64,000 bases of DNA from assembly GCF_036321535.1 (NCBI RefSeq), contig NC_087437.1, positions 93,560,001 through 93,624,000 on the forward strand. Direction: 5' to 3'. Under the pieces are notes generated by a model. That model had not been told where the DNA came from, did not search any database, and worked only from the letters and a program-made list of their open reading frames with translations. Shown piece by piece: positions 49,521 through 61,650 of the stretch. Position 1 is the first letter of the stretch. Each line of letters opens with the position of its first letter. The position numbers and the translations under genes are program-made. This DNA comes from Camelus dromedarius (taxonomy: Eukaryota).

Positions 49521-52500
49521 CTTAACCTACTTTTAAATAAAACTACTACACTATTGTTCCCATCTGGAATAAAACGATGGGTATGAAAAATTGTTATCCT
49601 CCTCTCTTTGCTTTACCTTATTTGGCACCACTTTGTGCCATGCAGTTTGGTATTATTTGACAAGATGCAGATTGTTTCATTTTAATAGTTTTGAAATGTG
49701 GACATTTCATAGCTGGAGTAAAATAATGACTTTTAGATTTTATGACATTCAATAGATTACAAGAGGGAAAGAAACTGCATACTTAAAATTCTGGGCTGAC
49801 TACCACAAATGCACGTAAAACAACACTAGAGCTGTCTCAGGGTCTAGACTACCTGATTTATGTTTAGGACTTGCGATCATTTTTGTAAAAAGTGAAAAGT
49901 AAAAGATTGCAAAGGAAAATGGTTGTGAAGAATTAGAATTCCTGAAATGTCAAGTATTTAACTTCTAAATCCTGGGAATATTTCCTTTTGGAATTAACTA
50001 ATAAACTGTTAAGTTTAGTACTTTACTCGTAAATGACCCTTGTCTAATTCTTGGTGTCATTAAACTGTTGACAATGTAGAAGGATGAATCACCATACTTA
50101 TATTATTGTTCAGCTCATATTATACACATAAGCAAACTACAATTTCACCTAACAGTGTTTTGTATTCACTAAGAATTTGATTTACTCTGATTTCTTGGAA
50201 TACATTTTTTTACATATAGTATGATAGCAATATTTTTCTTATTTATGGTGAGTTAGGATTCACCTAAACACATTGAAAAAATAGTGATGGGATGGTTTGG
50301 TTTCTAAAGTATGTTAATATTGTCTGAATATAGGACTGGCTAGAGAATTAAAGAAGCCACATGTTTTGTAGATATTAAAATTTTATGCACTATGTTTTAA
50401 CACTTTTTTAATTCTGAAAAATATCCTTTAATGAAGAGATAAGTCGGCAATGACAAACTTATTCTCAAGGTCGATGGAAATATTCAAATACTATGTAGCC
50501 CTTAGTTTAAATTATTTATAAAACTACTAAAATTTTATTTAGAGCAGAGGTAATTGATTTTATAGGGTAGCCTGTTAACAGTCAAGTGTTATCATTTGTA
50601 AACCTAGGGCAACATTTCACATTAGCAGTGTACCATGCCTTTAGGCTAACAATGTTGCCTTTAATAGCACATACCAATACAACCCACGTAGAGGCAGGCT
50701 ACCTTTTATCAGGAAAATAGATCCTGTGTATGAAGTCCTGATTATTAATTTTAGTAATGTCACTTTTGTATACCCAAATTATAAATGGCCTTTCATTTAG
50801 GGATTAATTATCTTATGCTTTGGCATTTTTGTGTTTGTTTCTATTTAACTCTGTTACTGCTAAATGCTGATGGTTGCCTGTGTTGGTTCAATATTCCTGT
50901 AAGAATGTGACAGAGAACAGTCTAAATGACACATTAGTATCCTGACGAGAATAAGCAGCATATTGGCTAAGAGCCAGGGAACAACAAGACTTTTTTATGA
51001 TTTCTACCATTTAGAATATATGAATTATAGTGAAACAGAGACATCTGGTGTAGGATAAGGATGCAAAACTTAGAGCAGAAATGAGAAAGACTAAGGTGCC
51101 TTGAAATTGTACTTAGGTTCATTTAAGTTTTGTGCATATCACTGCTTGTAAATATTGCTCCCCCAAACCTTAAACTCAATTTTATGTATGCATTCTAAAG
51201 TACTTGGGAACAAAGTATATGAAATACCTCAAAAATATGATGATTGAAGAATGATAGATAAGTCATAGTTTGAAGAATGACAGATGCATCATAAAGCAAA
51301 CATATTGAGATTTCACCATTATAGAAGAGGTGGTAGGTATATGACATCTTTTCTGTATGTTTGGGATATTTGGAAAAAATAAAATGTAAAAATTATACTT
51401 AGGAATTAAATGAACTATTGAGAATGTAAATAATCAAGAATACTAAAACTAGGTATAACTCTTGTGATACATAGAAAATGCTTTTATTAAGATAAAGATT
51501 GCTTACTACTTTTTCTTTTCAATACGAGTATAATGTTTTTCTCTTATCTGTTGCTTCTGATATTAGTTAGTTAACTAAGATTATGCTGTTATGTGCTTTT
51601 CTGCCATTAATATCCGATGTGCTTTTCTGCATTAAGAGCTAGAATGACTATAAAACATAGATGAAAAAGTTGTGCTCTTTTGTCTCTACCTGAAAAAAAA
51701 AAGTGTATTTAAATTTGGGACTCTTTTGAGACTTTAGACTTTACAGCAAATTCTTAAAATGACTCAAGTTTTTCTGTATGATGTCAATGTATAATTTCTA
51801 GAATTACAAACATCTGGAACTTCAAAGAATGGTTTAATAATGATTTTGTGACAATATGTAAGAACTGAAATAGCTTTACTTCAAAGCAAATCCATGCCTA
51901 AAAAGCCTAACACTTTATTAAATTTTAATGTAATTCTTAATGCTATTATTTTTTTCCCAAAATTTCCATAAGTTAGAATAGACATGAGCAAAAGATTCTG
52001 GGTTTAGACAGCTTTCTCCGAGTGATTAAGAATGTCAGCTTTGTGCTCAGCACACTTAAATTGAATTTATATTTTATAATCTTTTAGTCTCTATAACATT
52101 TAGACCACATCTAGGGAATCTAATATCTAGTTACTAAATTAAGTACCCCCTTAACTGTTTCCTTTGTAACCCTATAACAATTATGAGAGTAAATACAGAT
52201 TTTTAAAAAGTTGCTGAAAAGAGGTTCTGAAATTTCAGTGTTTTCTTTGTTAACTGACATCCTGTTTAAGACCATCTGTATTGTTCCATAATGGAGACAT
52301 CTTTGAAAAGATCACTATAGATCCTTGTGGTCAAACAGGAAATATATGCATATGTTAGGATAAATAATGATTGAAAATTATATTTTGAAAATGTATAGAA
52401 ATTATTATGCTTTTATTACCATAGTCTAGATGGTATAATACATTCTATAATATGGAGTTCCTCTCATTATTTCATAACTTATAGCATGTAAAATATAAAG

Positions 52501-52664
52501 TTAGACACCTGTAAGCACTTGCTTCAGAACTTTGTATTTATATGCCCTATGAAAGTATTGACATGAGTTCTCAGATTTCTCATTTGAATAATGAACTCAA
52601 TGTCATATTTACTATGCCATATTATTGTGACCATTAAATAACATGGAATTTATAAACAATGATA

Positions 52665-52895
52665 TAAATGTACAGGGCTTAAAATTATGGACTGCAAACC
52701 ATACTTTGGATTTAAATATTAGTTTCACTACTTTTCAGCTGTGTGATCTGAACAATTTACTTAACTTTTTTCTCAGTTTTTATAAACCAGGCATGATAAT
52801 AATAGCACCTACCTCACAGAGTTGTTATAATGATTAAATTAATTAACATATGTAAAGCTCCTAGATTAGTACTGGGAAACGAGCACTCTATAAGC
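52665..52895 (+). mobile_element. MIR SINE
   Basis: CAGCTGTGTGATCTGAACAATTTACTTAAC...ATAATAATAGCACCTACCTCACAGAGTTGTT. Confidence 0.85.
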
Positions 52896-53329
52896 TTGCC
52901 CCACATGTAACATATTTATATATTATGCAATTATATAAAATACATATAAATGTTAACCTCTTCATGTCTTTTCTGAGAGCATATGATGGTAAAAAAAAAG
53001 ACACAAGGTAAAATTAATCCTTAAAAATGTATTACAGTAGTGTGCATTAGTATAGTTGACATTACTTTTCAAGAATGATGCCCCTTGGGATATCAAGTCT
53101 CTTGACAGCAATATTTGAATATATGATACTTATTGAATATGAATAGGGCCATTTTATGTAGTCAGTTTTAAAGAAATGGTATCCTTGAGGAAATAAGGTT
53201 AAAAATGAGCCATAAATGAAGAGTAGAAATTAGCTGGGCAACATGTGCTCGGGGGCTTTTCTTAGTGTGGAGAACAGCACATACAAAGGATCAATGAGTG
53301 GAAGAAGGGTTCCATAGGGACTTGACTGA

Positions 53330-54326
53330 CATTTAAAACTCCATCAAATATTATTTTTAAAAATACAAATACAGTGAAAATGTTATATTGGAATAGAGAC
53401 CAATATTGTAGGAATACATTTCCCCCCCCCCCCCAATTATTATAAAACTCGGTTCAATTCTACTCACTCAACAAACAGAATTTTAAAAGGATCCTGAAAA
53501 ACTGATTCTCAAATTAATAAGTAATTATGAAATTCGATGAATTGATAAAACTGTCTTGTAAAAGATACACCATGTGGTGGGGTTGGGGGAGTGAAGCCTT
53601 CTCCACTAGGTATTTAAGAAACACTACAAAACTGTAGCAATAAAACTGGAACCTAATAAAGAATCCAGAAAAGAATAAAAGTATTTTGGAAACTTGGTAT
53701 AAGTATGTATGTGATGTCATTTATCAATGGAAAAGAAATGATAAAGAAAAATAAAATTAGCAGTCTGTCTCCAACCACATGAAACAGAAATCCGTATTAC
53801 TTTGACCATGAAAGTAAAATAATAAAATCAATAGAAGAAATATATATATGGAAATACCTTTATCAAAAGATTAAGAAACATACTTACATAAGATCCTCAA
53901 ATTTCAAAATTAAATTATATATGTATACATTTTATCTATGTATATTTATATATGTAAATTGACTAAGTCAAAATAATTTCTTGATACTGACATATACTGA
54001 CAAATTAACAGAAGCAATCATTGCAATATTGAAAAAACACTATAGCACAAAAGAATATATAAAATATAAATGCATTCCTTCAAAGGAGATCCAATAGAAA
54101 CTATAAGAAAATGAATAATCATTTTTAATAAACGGAAACTCACATGGCTAACAATGTATAGAATGATATATAACCTCACCAGGAAGCAGAAAAATACAAA
54201 TTAAAGCCTCTGCAGGATGCCACCTTTCACCTAATGAATTGGCAAATATTAGCGCTTTGAATATCCATTGTCCATGGTATAAATAACTAGGCAGCTATTT
54301 TGTAAAACAATAGGACATTATTAGTG
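53330..54326 (+). mobile_element. Ancient L1 (L1ME-like) ORF2 3' relic; probably continues at ~56010-56340
   Basis: AAACTGATTCTCAAATT, CACTACAAAACTGTAGCAATAAAAC, AAAATACAAATTAAAGCC..GATGCCACCTTTCACCTA. Confidence 0.65.
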
Positions 54327-54330
54327 AAAC

Positions 54331-54997
54331 TGACACAGGAAAGTAGGGTGCTAGAGGATGGCCATGTCCCACGTTTTATTTGAGTCCCTGAGACTCACCT
54401 TGCCAAGTGAGGGTCCTTGGCAAAAGTTCAAAAGTTAGCCATAGTTGAGTAAAAGTAGATTTATTCAGAGAGGCACATACTCCACAGACAAAGTTCAGGC
54501 CATCTCAGAAGGCAGGAGAGAGTGACCAAGCCCCTTAAGAGATATACATTCCAAACTCAGAATGCGGGCCATTTTGAAAAGGCCAAAAGCAAGAGACAAG
54601 AGGCAGTGGCCTAAGAGCATGGGGTTGTCTAGGAAAGTGAGATCAGCCACAAGGTGTGGGGGTTGTTAGTTTTTATGGTAATTTCATATGCTAACAAGTG
54701 GGAGGATTATTCCAACTACTTTGGGGAACGGGCAGAGGTTCCCAGGTACTGGGTCACCACCCATTTTTTGACCTTTTATGATCAGCCTCAGAGCTGTCAT
54801 GGTGCCTGTGGGTGTGTCATTTACCATGCTAATATGTTATAATGAGCATATAATAATGCTGAAGATCTACTAGAAGTCAAATCTCTAGCCATCTTGGGCC
54901 TCAAGGTCTACTGGGAACTGAATCTTCCACCATCTTGGTGCTAATTGTTGTGTTATTCTTTTAATGGTTGTGCACTGCCCCCTTCCCTCTTGTCTCA
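54331..54997 (-). mobile_element. Full-length MER41-like ERV1 solo LTR
   Basis: TG...CA termini; perfect 4-bp TSD AAAC at 54327-54330 and 54998-55001; homologous to 40195-40667. Confidence 0.88.
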
Positions 54998-55007
54998 AAA
55001 CTAATTA

Positions 55008-55475
55008 TGGTATTAATCTTCTTCTGGGTAACAACCTCAGAAATCTCACAGACACACAAAATATTTATTTTTGTCCATATATCTGCAGTTCTAGTTTGGT
55101 TGATCTAGGCTGGGTTTGGCTGGCCCCAGTTGGTCTCTGACTTGCAGTTGAGATTATGTCAACTCCACATGTTAATAATCTGGGGTTCCGGCTGAAGGAG
55201 CAGCTGCTATCTGAGGCATGCTCTCCTCAGGGTATATCTCAGGAGCACAAGAGGTAAAGAAAAATTATGCAAGCACATTTGAGCCTCTGTTTCTATTTTG
55301 GACACTAAAATTCCACTAGATGTGCTAGCTACATGACCAATTCCAAAACCAGTGACATAAGGGAATATCTTCTACTGGAGTGGAAGGCACTGCAAGGTCA
55401 CATGGCCATGGCCAGGAGTAAGTAAATCTGTAATAGGGAGGAGCGGAAATGTGGGTACAATAATTCAGCATGTCA
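55008..55475 (-). mobile_element. MLT1 (H/I/J-like) MaLR LTR
   Basis: TGATCTAGGCTGGGTTTGGCTGG...GGCTGAAGGAGCAGC...GCAAGCACATTT...GGCACTGCAAGGTCACATGGC. Confidence 0.8.
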
Positions 55476-55559
55476 TATTCACTATATTCACACCCTACGA
55501 TCCTCAATCCAACATAAATTCTCAGGAAATCATATGTAGAAATGTCTGTCATGACATTG

Positions 55560-56000
55560 TAGCTTACCTGGTTCCCTTCAAAGCCTGTCACAAGGACCTG
55601 GATGAAGCTGATTCATTTGGGAGGCGATCCAGGCAATCTGGAAAAAATGAGTGGAGAGATTTTGACAGGGAAGGAAGGAAAAACAGCAAGATACATTTTA
55701 TAGAGCTAGGTACATTTGTGGGTGAGTAGAGCTGAATTCTGTTGGTCCCCAACTGAGGCAACATGGAGATTATACAGCAGGGTTGCCCTCTGTAGGCTGG
55801 GTTCTGGTTACCAATTTAGTCCTCCACCTGTTGAGGATAATTTCCTTGGTGTGCACTCTCCACAGTTCCTGATGAGCAAGCTTCTTTTGCTTCCATTAAA
55901 GGAGAAAACAGAAAGAACTTATTTTGTCCTATATGTATGGGGATTTTAAATGACAGCTATAGGTGAGATCACAGATAGCCCAATGAATGTACTCTGCTGC
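55560..56000 (-). mobile_element. LTR33-like ERVL solo LTR
   Basis: TTCATTTGGGAGGCGATCCAGG...GACAGGGAAGGAAGGAAA; ends ACTCTGCTGCA. Confidence 0.6.
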
Positions 56001-56447
56001 ACAGAAAGCTTTGACTATGCATTGCTTATGATGGTAATGCACTGAATATATCTTAGTGTTCCATCAATAGTGGAAGGTAAAGTAAAACATGCTATATAGG
56101 GACAATTAATTTTTTGGCAAATTTAAAGAAAAAACAATCTATATTTGGGAAAACTTGGTCTGAAATATATTGAACCAGAAATGACAAAAATCTTTAAAAT
56201 TTATATAAATAACCTCCAAATAGTACTTTATATATTTATTTGTACACATATATACTTAGACATAAAGTCAATAAATCTATGAGACTGAGTATCAGTGTCA
56301 GGAAGAGGAGTACAATTAGGGCTAGTGATTAAATAGAAAACATTAGAATGAAAATGAGCAAGATGCTGATAACAAGATCCTATGAATGGACTAAGACCAA
56401 CTCAATTCTATACACCTGAGGTTCCTGCATTTGAAATTCCTTTAGAT

Positions 56448-56448
<1 letters not shown>

Positions 56449-56496
<48 letters not shown>
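56449..56496. repeat. (TAGA)12 tetranucleotide STR
   Basis: Direct reading. Confidence 0.97.
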
Positions 56497-56497
<1 letters not shown>

Positions 56498-57050
56498 GTA
56501 GGTGTGGATGGAGATACATAGATATCAGTTTTGAGCCTATGTACTATATATATATCCATCTCCATCTACCTCTATTTATTTACCTATTGTCTATTTATCA
56601 CTCATCTATTTATGTGCCTTCCTGCTTAATAGCTCACATTTTACCTACACTTTATACTTCTTCTTGAAATAGTGAAATAGTTGATTTAGAATTAGATGAA
56701 CTCTATAGAGAATAAGAAGGGAATCTAACGTTTAAACAAATTTGTTTCCAAAATTTCTAAATTCAAACAAAGCAAATAAAATAATGGACTCAGAGAGAGC
56801 TCTAAGGAGCTACCAAACTTTCAGAATAGAGGTAATTGTTTAAGAGATGAAATGGACTGATCTCCTAAAAGAGTTTACATTTTAATACAACATGTGGATG
56901 TCAGAACTAGTATCAGGAATAAAGCCAGGGTTGCAATAATTTAAATGGTATTTTAAATGCAATTTATGTTTTTAGAATATTAGTGCAAAGGGTCTCAAAT
57001 ATTTAATATTTATGAGATCATTTTCATATTAGCAAACACATGAGATTGTG

Positions 57051-58790
57051 TTTTTATTAAATTATAGCTGATTTACAATATTGTATCATTTCAGAAAACA
57101 TAGTGATTCAGTATTTGTATAGATTATACTCCATTTAAAACTGTTAAAAATAATGGCACTATTTCCCTGTGCTGTACAATATATCCTTGTTTATCTAATT
57201 TATTTATAGTAGTTTATATCTCTTAATCCTATATTCCTATCTTGCCCTTCTCCCCACCAATAACCACTGGTTTATTTTCTGTATGTGTAAGTCTGTTCCT
57301 GTTTTGTAATACACTTTTTTTTTGTTTTTTATTAATATTCCACATGTAAGTGATAACATAGAATATTTGCCTTGTTTGACGTATTTCACTTAGCAGTAAT
57401 GCACTCTAGGTCCATCCACATTGTTGCAAATGGCAGAATTTCATTCTCTTTTATGGCTAAGTATTAATCTCACATATTCTTTATCTGTTCATCAGTTGAT
57501 GGGCACATAGGCTACTTCATTATCTTGGCTATTGTAAATTATACTACTATGAACACTGGGGTACATGTATATGTTCAAATTAGTGTTTTTATTTTCTTTG
57601 GATATATATCCAGGAGTGAATTTGTGGATCATATGGTATTTCTATTTTCAATTTTTTGAGGAAACTTTATATTGTTTTCAGAAGTGGCTGCACCAATTTA
57701 CATTCCCATCAATACTGTACAAGGGTTCCTTTTTCTCCACTTCCTCACCATCATTTATTATTTGTAGACTTTTTGATGATAGCAATTCTGACAGGTGTGA
57801 GGTGATATCTTGTTGTTTTGATTTACTTTTGTCTAATGATTAGCAATGTCGAGCATTTTAAGATTTTAAGTGCCTGTTGGCCACTTGTGTGTCTTCTTAG
57901 GAAAAATGTCTATTCATGTCTCCAGCTCATTTTTTGTTTGGGTTGTTTGGGTGTTTTGTTTTGTTTTGTTTTTTGATATTGAGTTGTATAAGCTGTTAGA
58001 TATTCTGAATATTAACCTATCAGTTATATTATTTGCAAATATCTTTTTCCATTCAGTAGGTTGTCCTTTCCATTTTGTCAATGAAATTTCTTTGCTTTGT
58101 AAAGCTTTGAAGTTTAACTGGGTCCATTTGTTTATTTTTGCTTTTATTTGTTTTGCCTTAGGAGACAGATACAAAAATATTGCTATGATTTATGTCAAAG
58201 AGTATTCTGCCTATGTTCTCTTCTAGGAGTTTTATGTTTTCATGTCTTCCCTTAATCCATTTTGAGTTTATTGTCTTTAATCCATTTTGAGTTTATTTTT
58301 CCATATGGTGTGAGGTAATGTACTAATGTCATTCTTTTACATATAGCTGTCCAGTTTTCCCAGAACCACTTATTGAAGAGACTGTCTTTTTTCCATTGAA
58401 TATTCTTCTCTCTTTGTTATAGATTAATTGACCATAAGTACATTGGTTTATTTCTGGGATCACTATTCTGTTCCACGGATCTGTGTGTCTGTTTTTGTGC
58501 CAGTACCAGGCTGTTTTGTAGCTTTGTACCATAATGTAGCTTTGTAGTATAGTCTGAAGTCAGGGAGCATGATACCTCCAGCTCTGTTTCATTTTCTCAA
58601 GATTTCATTAATGATTCAGGGCCTTTTCTGGTTCCATATAAATTTTAGGATTATTTATTCTAGTTCTGTGAACTATGTCATGGATATTTTCATAGAGCTT
58701 GCATTAAATCTGTAGATTGCTTTTGTCAGTATGGACATTTTAACAATATTAATGCTTCCAATCTAAGAACACAATATGTTTATTTCTTTC
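57051..58790 (-). mobile_element. L1 3' half (ORF2 C-terminus plus 3' UTR), non-inverted part
   Basis: Track peptides [19 protein letters not shown] and SPKAKQIKAKINKW; CS*IGSINIVKMSILTKAIYRFNA near the junction; 3' end TTTTTATTAAATTATAGCTGATTTACAAT. Confidence 0.95.
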
Positions 58791-60597
58791 TGTAGATTTT
58801 TTAGAATGTTTTTGATTTTAAAGCACTATTTGTTTAAAACAAGTAGATATAGTTATAGGTCATTATATATGAACATCATGGCAACCATAAATCAAAAACC
58901 TACGATAAATATACTAGAGAGAAAGGAACACAAGCATACCACTAAAAAAAGTAATCAAATCACAAGGGAAGAAATAAAATGAAGAAAGAAAGAGCAGAGA
59001 AAAACTTCAAAAATAACCAGGAAACAAATAATAAAGTGGCAATAAGTACATTCCTATCAATCATTACTTTAAATGTCAATGGACTGAATGCTCCAACCAC
59101 AGGGTGGCTGATTGGATTTAAAAAAAAAAAAACAAAAAACAAAAAACTAAGGCCTATCTATATGCTGCTTACAAGAGACTTCAGAGCTAAGATATACACA
59201 GACTGAAAATGAAGGGATGGAAAAAGATATTTCATACAAGTGGAAACAACAAGAAGCCTGGAGTTGCAGTATTCATATCAGACAAAAAAAAGACTTCAAA
59301 ACAGTCTATAATAAGACAAATAAGGGCATTATATAATAATAAAATGATCAATACAAGAAGAGGATATTATAAATGTTATCATATATGTACCCAGTTCAGG
59401 AGCATCTAATATATAAAGCAAGCATTAACAGACATGAAGGGAAAAATTGACAATAATACAATAATAGTAGGGGATTCTAACAGCTTACTTACATCAGTGA
59501 ACAGAACATTCAGACAGAAAATTAATAAGACAACAGTGGTCTTAGATGACACAATAGACTAGTTGTTCTTAATAGATATCTATAAGACATTCCATCCAAA
59601 AGCAGCAGAATACGTTATTTTTTTCAAATGCACATGACCTGTTCTCCAACACAGATCACATGGTAGGCCTCAAAATAAGTGTCAACAAGAGGATACAAAT
59701 TATATCAACGTTTTTTTCTGACCACATTAGTATGAAACTAGAAATCAATTAAAGGAAGAAAAATGGGAAAGACACAAACACAATATGCTAGTGAAAAACA
59801 ATGGGTCGATGAAGAAATGAAAGAAGAAATCAGAAAATACCCCAGACAAATGAAAATACACAATTTTCCGAAATCTATGGGATGCAGCAAGAACTCTTCT
59901 AAGAGGGAAGTTTATAGCAACATAGGCCTACCTCAAGAAGCAAGAAAAATCCCAAATAAACAAACTAACCTACAATCTAAAGGAATTATTGAAAGAAGAA
60001 CAAAGCCCAAAGTCAGTAGAAGAAAGGAAATAATAGAGATCACAAGGGAAATAAATAAAATGGAAGCCAAGTAAACAATAGAAAAGATCAATGAAACAAA
60101 TAGCTGGGTTTTTTTTAAGAGATAAGCAAAATTGATAAACCTTTAGCCAGGCTCATCAAGAAGAAAAGAGAGAGAATAATAAGAAGTGAATGAGAAGAAA
60201 TAACCAATACCACAGAAATACAAAAAAAAATTATGTGAATACTATAGATAGCTGTATGCCAAGAAATTGGACAACCTAAAATAAATGGACAGATTTCTTA
60301 AAATATACAACCTGCCAAGACTGAATTAGGAAAAAAAAAAAAAAAGACAATCTGAAAAGGCCAATCACCATTAGTGAAATTGACTTTGTGGTAAAAAATT
60401 CCCAGCAAACAAAAGTTCAGGACCAGGTGGCTTCACAGCGGGTTCTACCAAACATAAAAAGAGCTAATATCCTTCCTTCTTAGACTATTCCAAAAACATT
60501 AAGATAATGGAACACTCCCAAATTTATTCCACAAGACCAACATTATCCTGATACCTAAACCAAAGAAACTACCAGAAAAAAAAAAAAGAAATTATAT
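58791..60597 (+). mobile_element. L1 inter-ORF spacer plus ORF2 endonuclease to RT start, inverted part
   Basis: Track peptides AISTFLSIITLNVNGLNAP and MKGWKKIFH..KKPGVAVFISDK; ends after IILIPKP; frameshifted. Confidence 0.95.
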
Positions 60598-61052
60598 TTT
60601 CCAGTATTGGGATAGACTGGTATTTCTCTGAAGAAATTCAGATTTCTGTCTTTGTTGTATGTTTAAAGGAACAAGAGATATTACACAGGTAAAGCTTTTG
60701 TAATAACTCTGAGAATTCTATATGGTATATTTAATTCATGGATTTTAAATGACAGAATTGTGTACAATTTAATGGAATAGAATCCAATTAACACTGATTT
60801 TCAAAGATTTTGAAGCAAAATGACAATTAGTATTTTTATTCTCATACTCTCCTCCAAATTCTAATTCTCTAAATGTTTAAAAACTAGGAAAGCAGGTTTC
60901 TATATGGGTACAATGTATGTGAATTATAGTCTACAAATGAAGTGTAACAACTTACTATGATTCTGATAATCAATCAATGATTAACACTAGTTATGATGTA
61001 CCCTCTCAAAAAAATCCAAGTATGTTTAAGTTATTATTGTACCTTCACTCTT

Positions 61053-61110
61053 TTTTTATAACTTTTTTTATTGAGTTATAGTCAGTTTACAATGTTGTGT
61101 CAATTTCCAA
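61053..61110 (-). mobile_element. Ultra-short (~58 bp) L1 3'-end insertion
   Basis: TTTTTTATTGAGTTATAGTCAGTTTACAATGTTGTGTCAATTTCC; 14/15 TSD TGTACCTTCA(C/T)TCTT at 61038-61052 and 61111-61125. Confidence 0.88.
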
Positions 61111-61269
61111 TGTACCTTCATTCTTAAGGCAAATTTAAAAAAAAGTCTGAGCTGACACTACTTAATAAAATGAGAAAAGTCTCATAAAAATAAAAATATT
61201 TTTTTAAAGCTCAGTGAAATATTTTAGAGTATATTTATTCATTAAAATAAATATCTTTATAATTTCAAT

Positions 61270-61650
61270 AATATCTAAGAAAACTAAGGTTAAAAAATGT
61301 ATCATGTAATACATTTCAAGTAAAGCAAACATTTAAAGCTTATATTTGGAAGAGAACAAGTAATTATGGAAATCTATATGCTATTAAAATATATTTCCTT
61401 TCCCTGGCATGACAGAATATCCACTTTAAATCTTTTTAATACTTCTTATATTTGCATAAAATATCTCTAAATGGATATGCAAGAAGTTGAAAATATAGTT
61501 TTGCTGAGAAGAAAATTGGGAAACTAGGGGTGAGACTTACTTTTATACACCCCCATCCTTTTTAATCTTTTGAAATATCCACTGTATTTGTCCATTACCT
61601 CCCCCAAAATAGACAATAGAGTCTAAGCCAAAAATAAAAAAATAAAGCAA
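61270..61650 (+). mobile_element. L1ME-type 3' UTR relic
   Basis: AATGGATATGCAAGAAGTTG...GAGACTTACTTTTATACACCCC..TTTGAAAT resembles old L1 3' end. Confidence 0.5.

Noticed and set aside
57565..60074. Cluster of ORFs of 60-118 aa
   Set aside because: Frameshifted L1 ORF2 fragments or their antisense frames; no intact ORF
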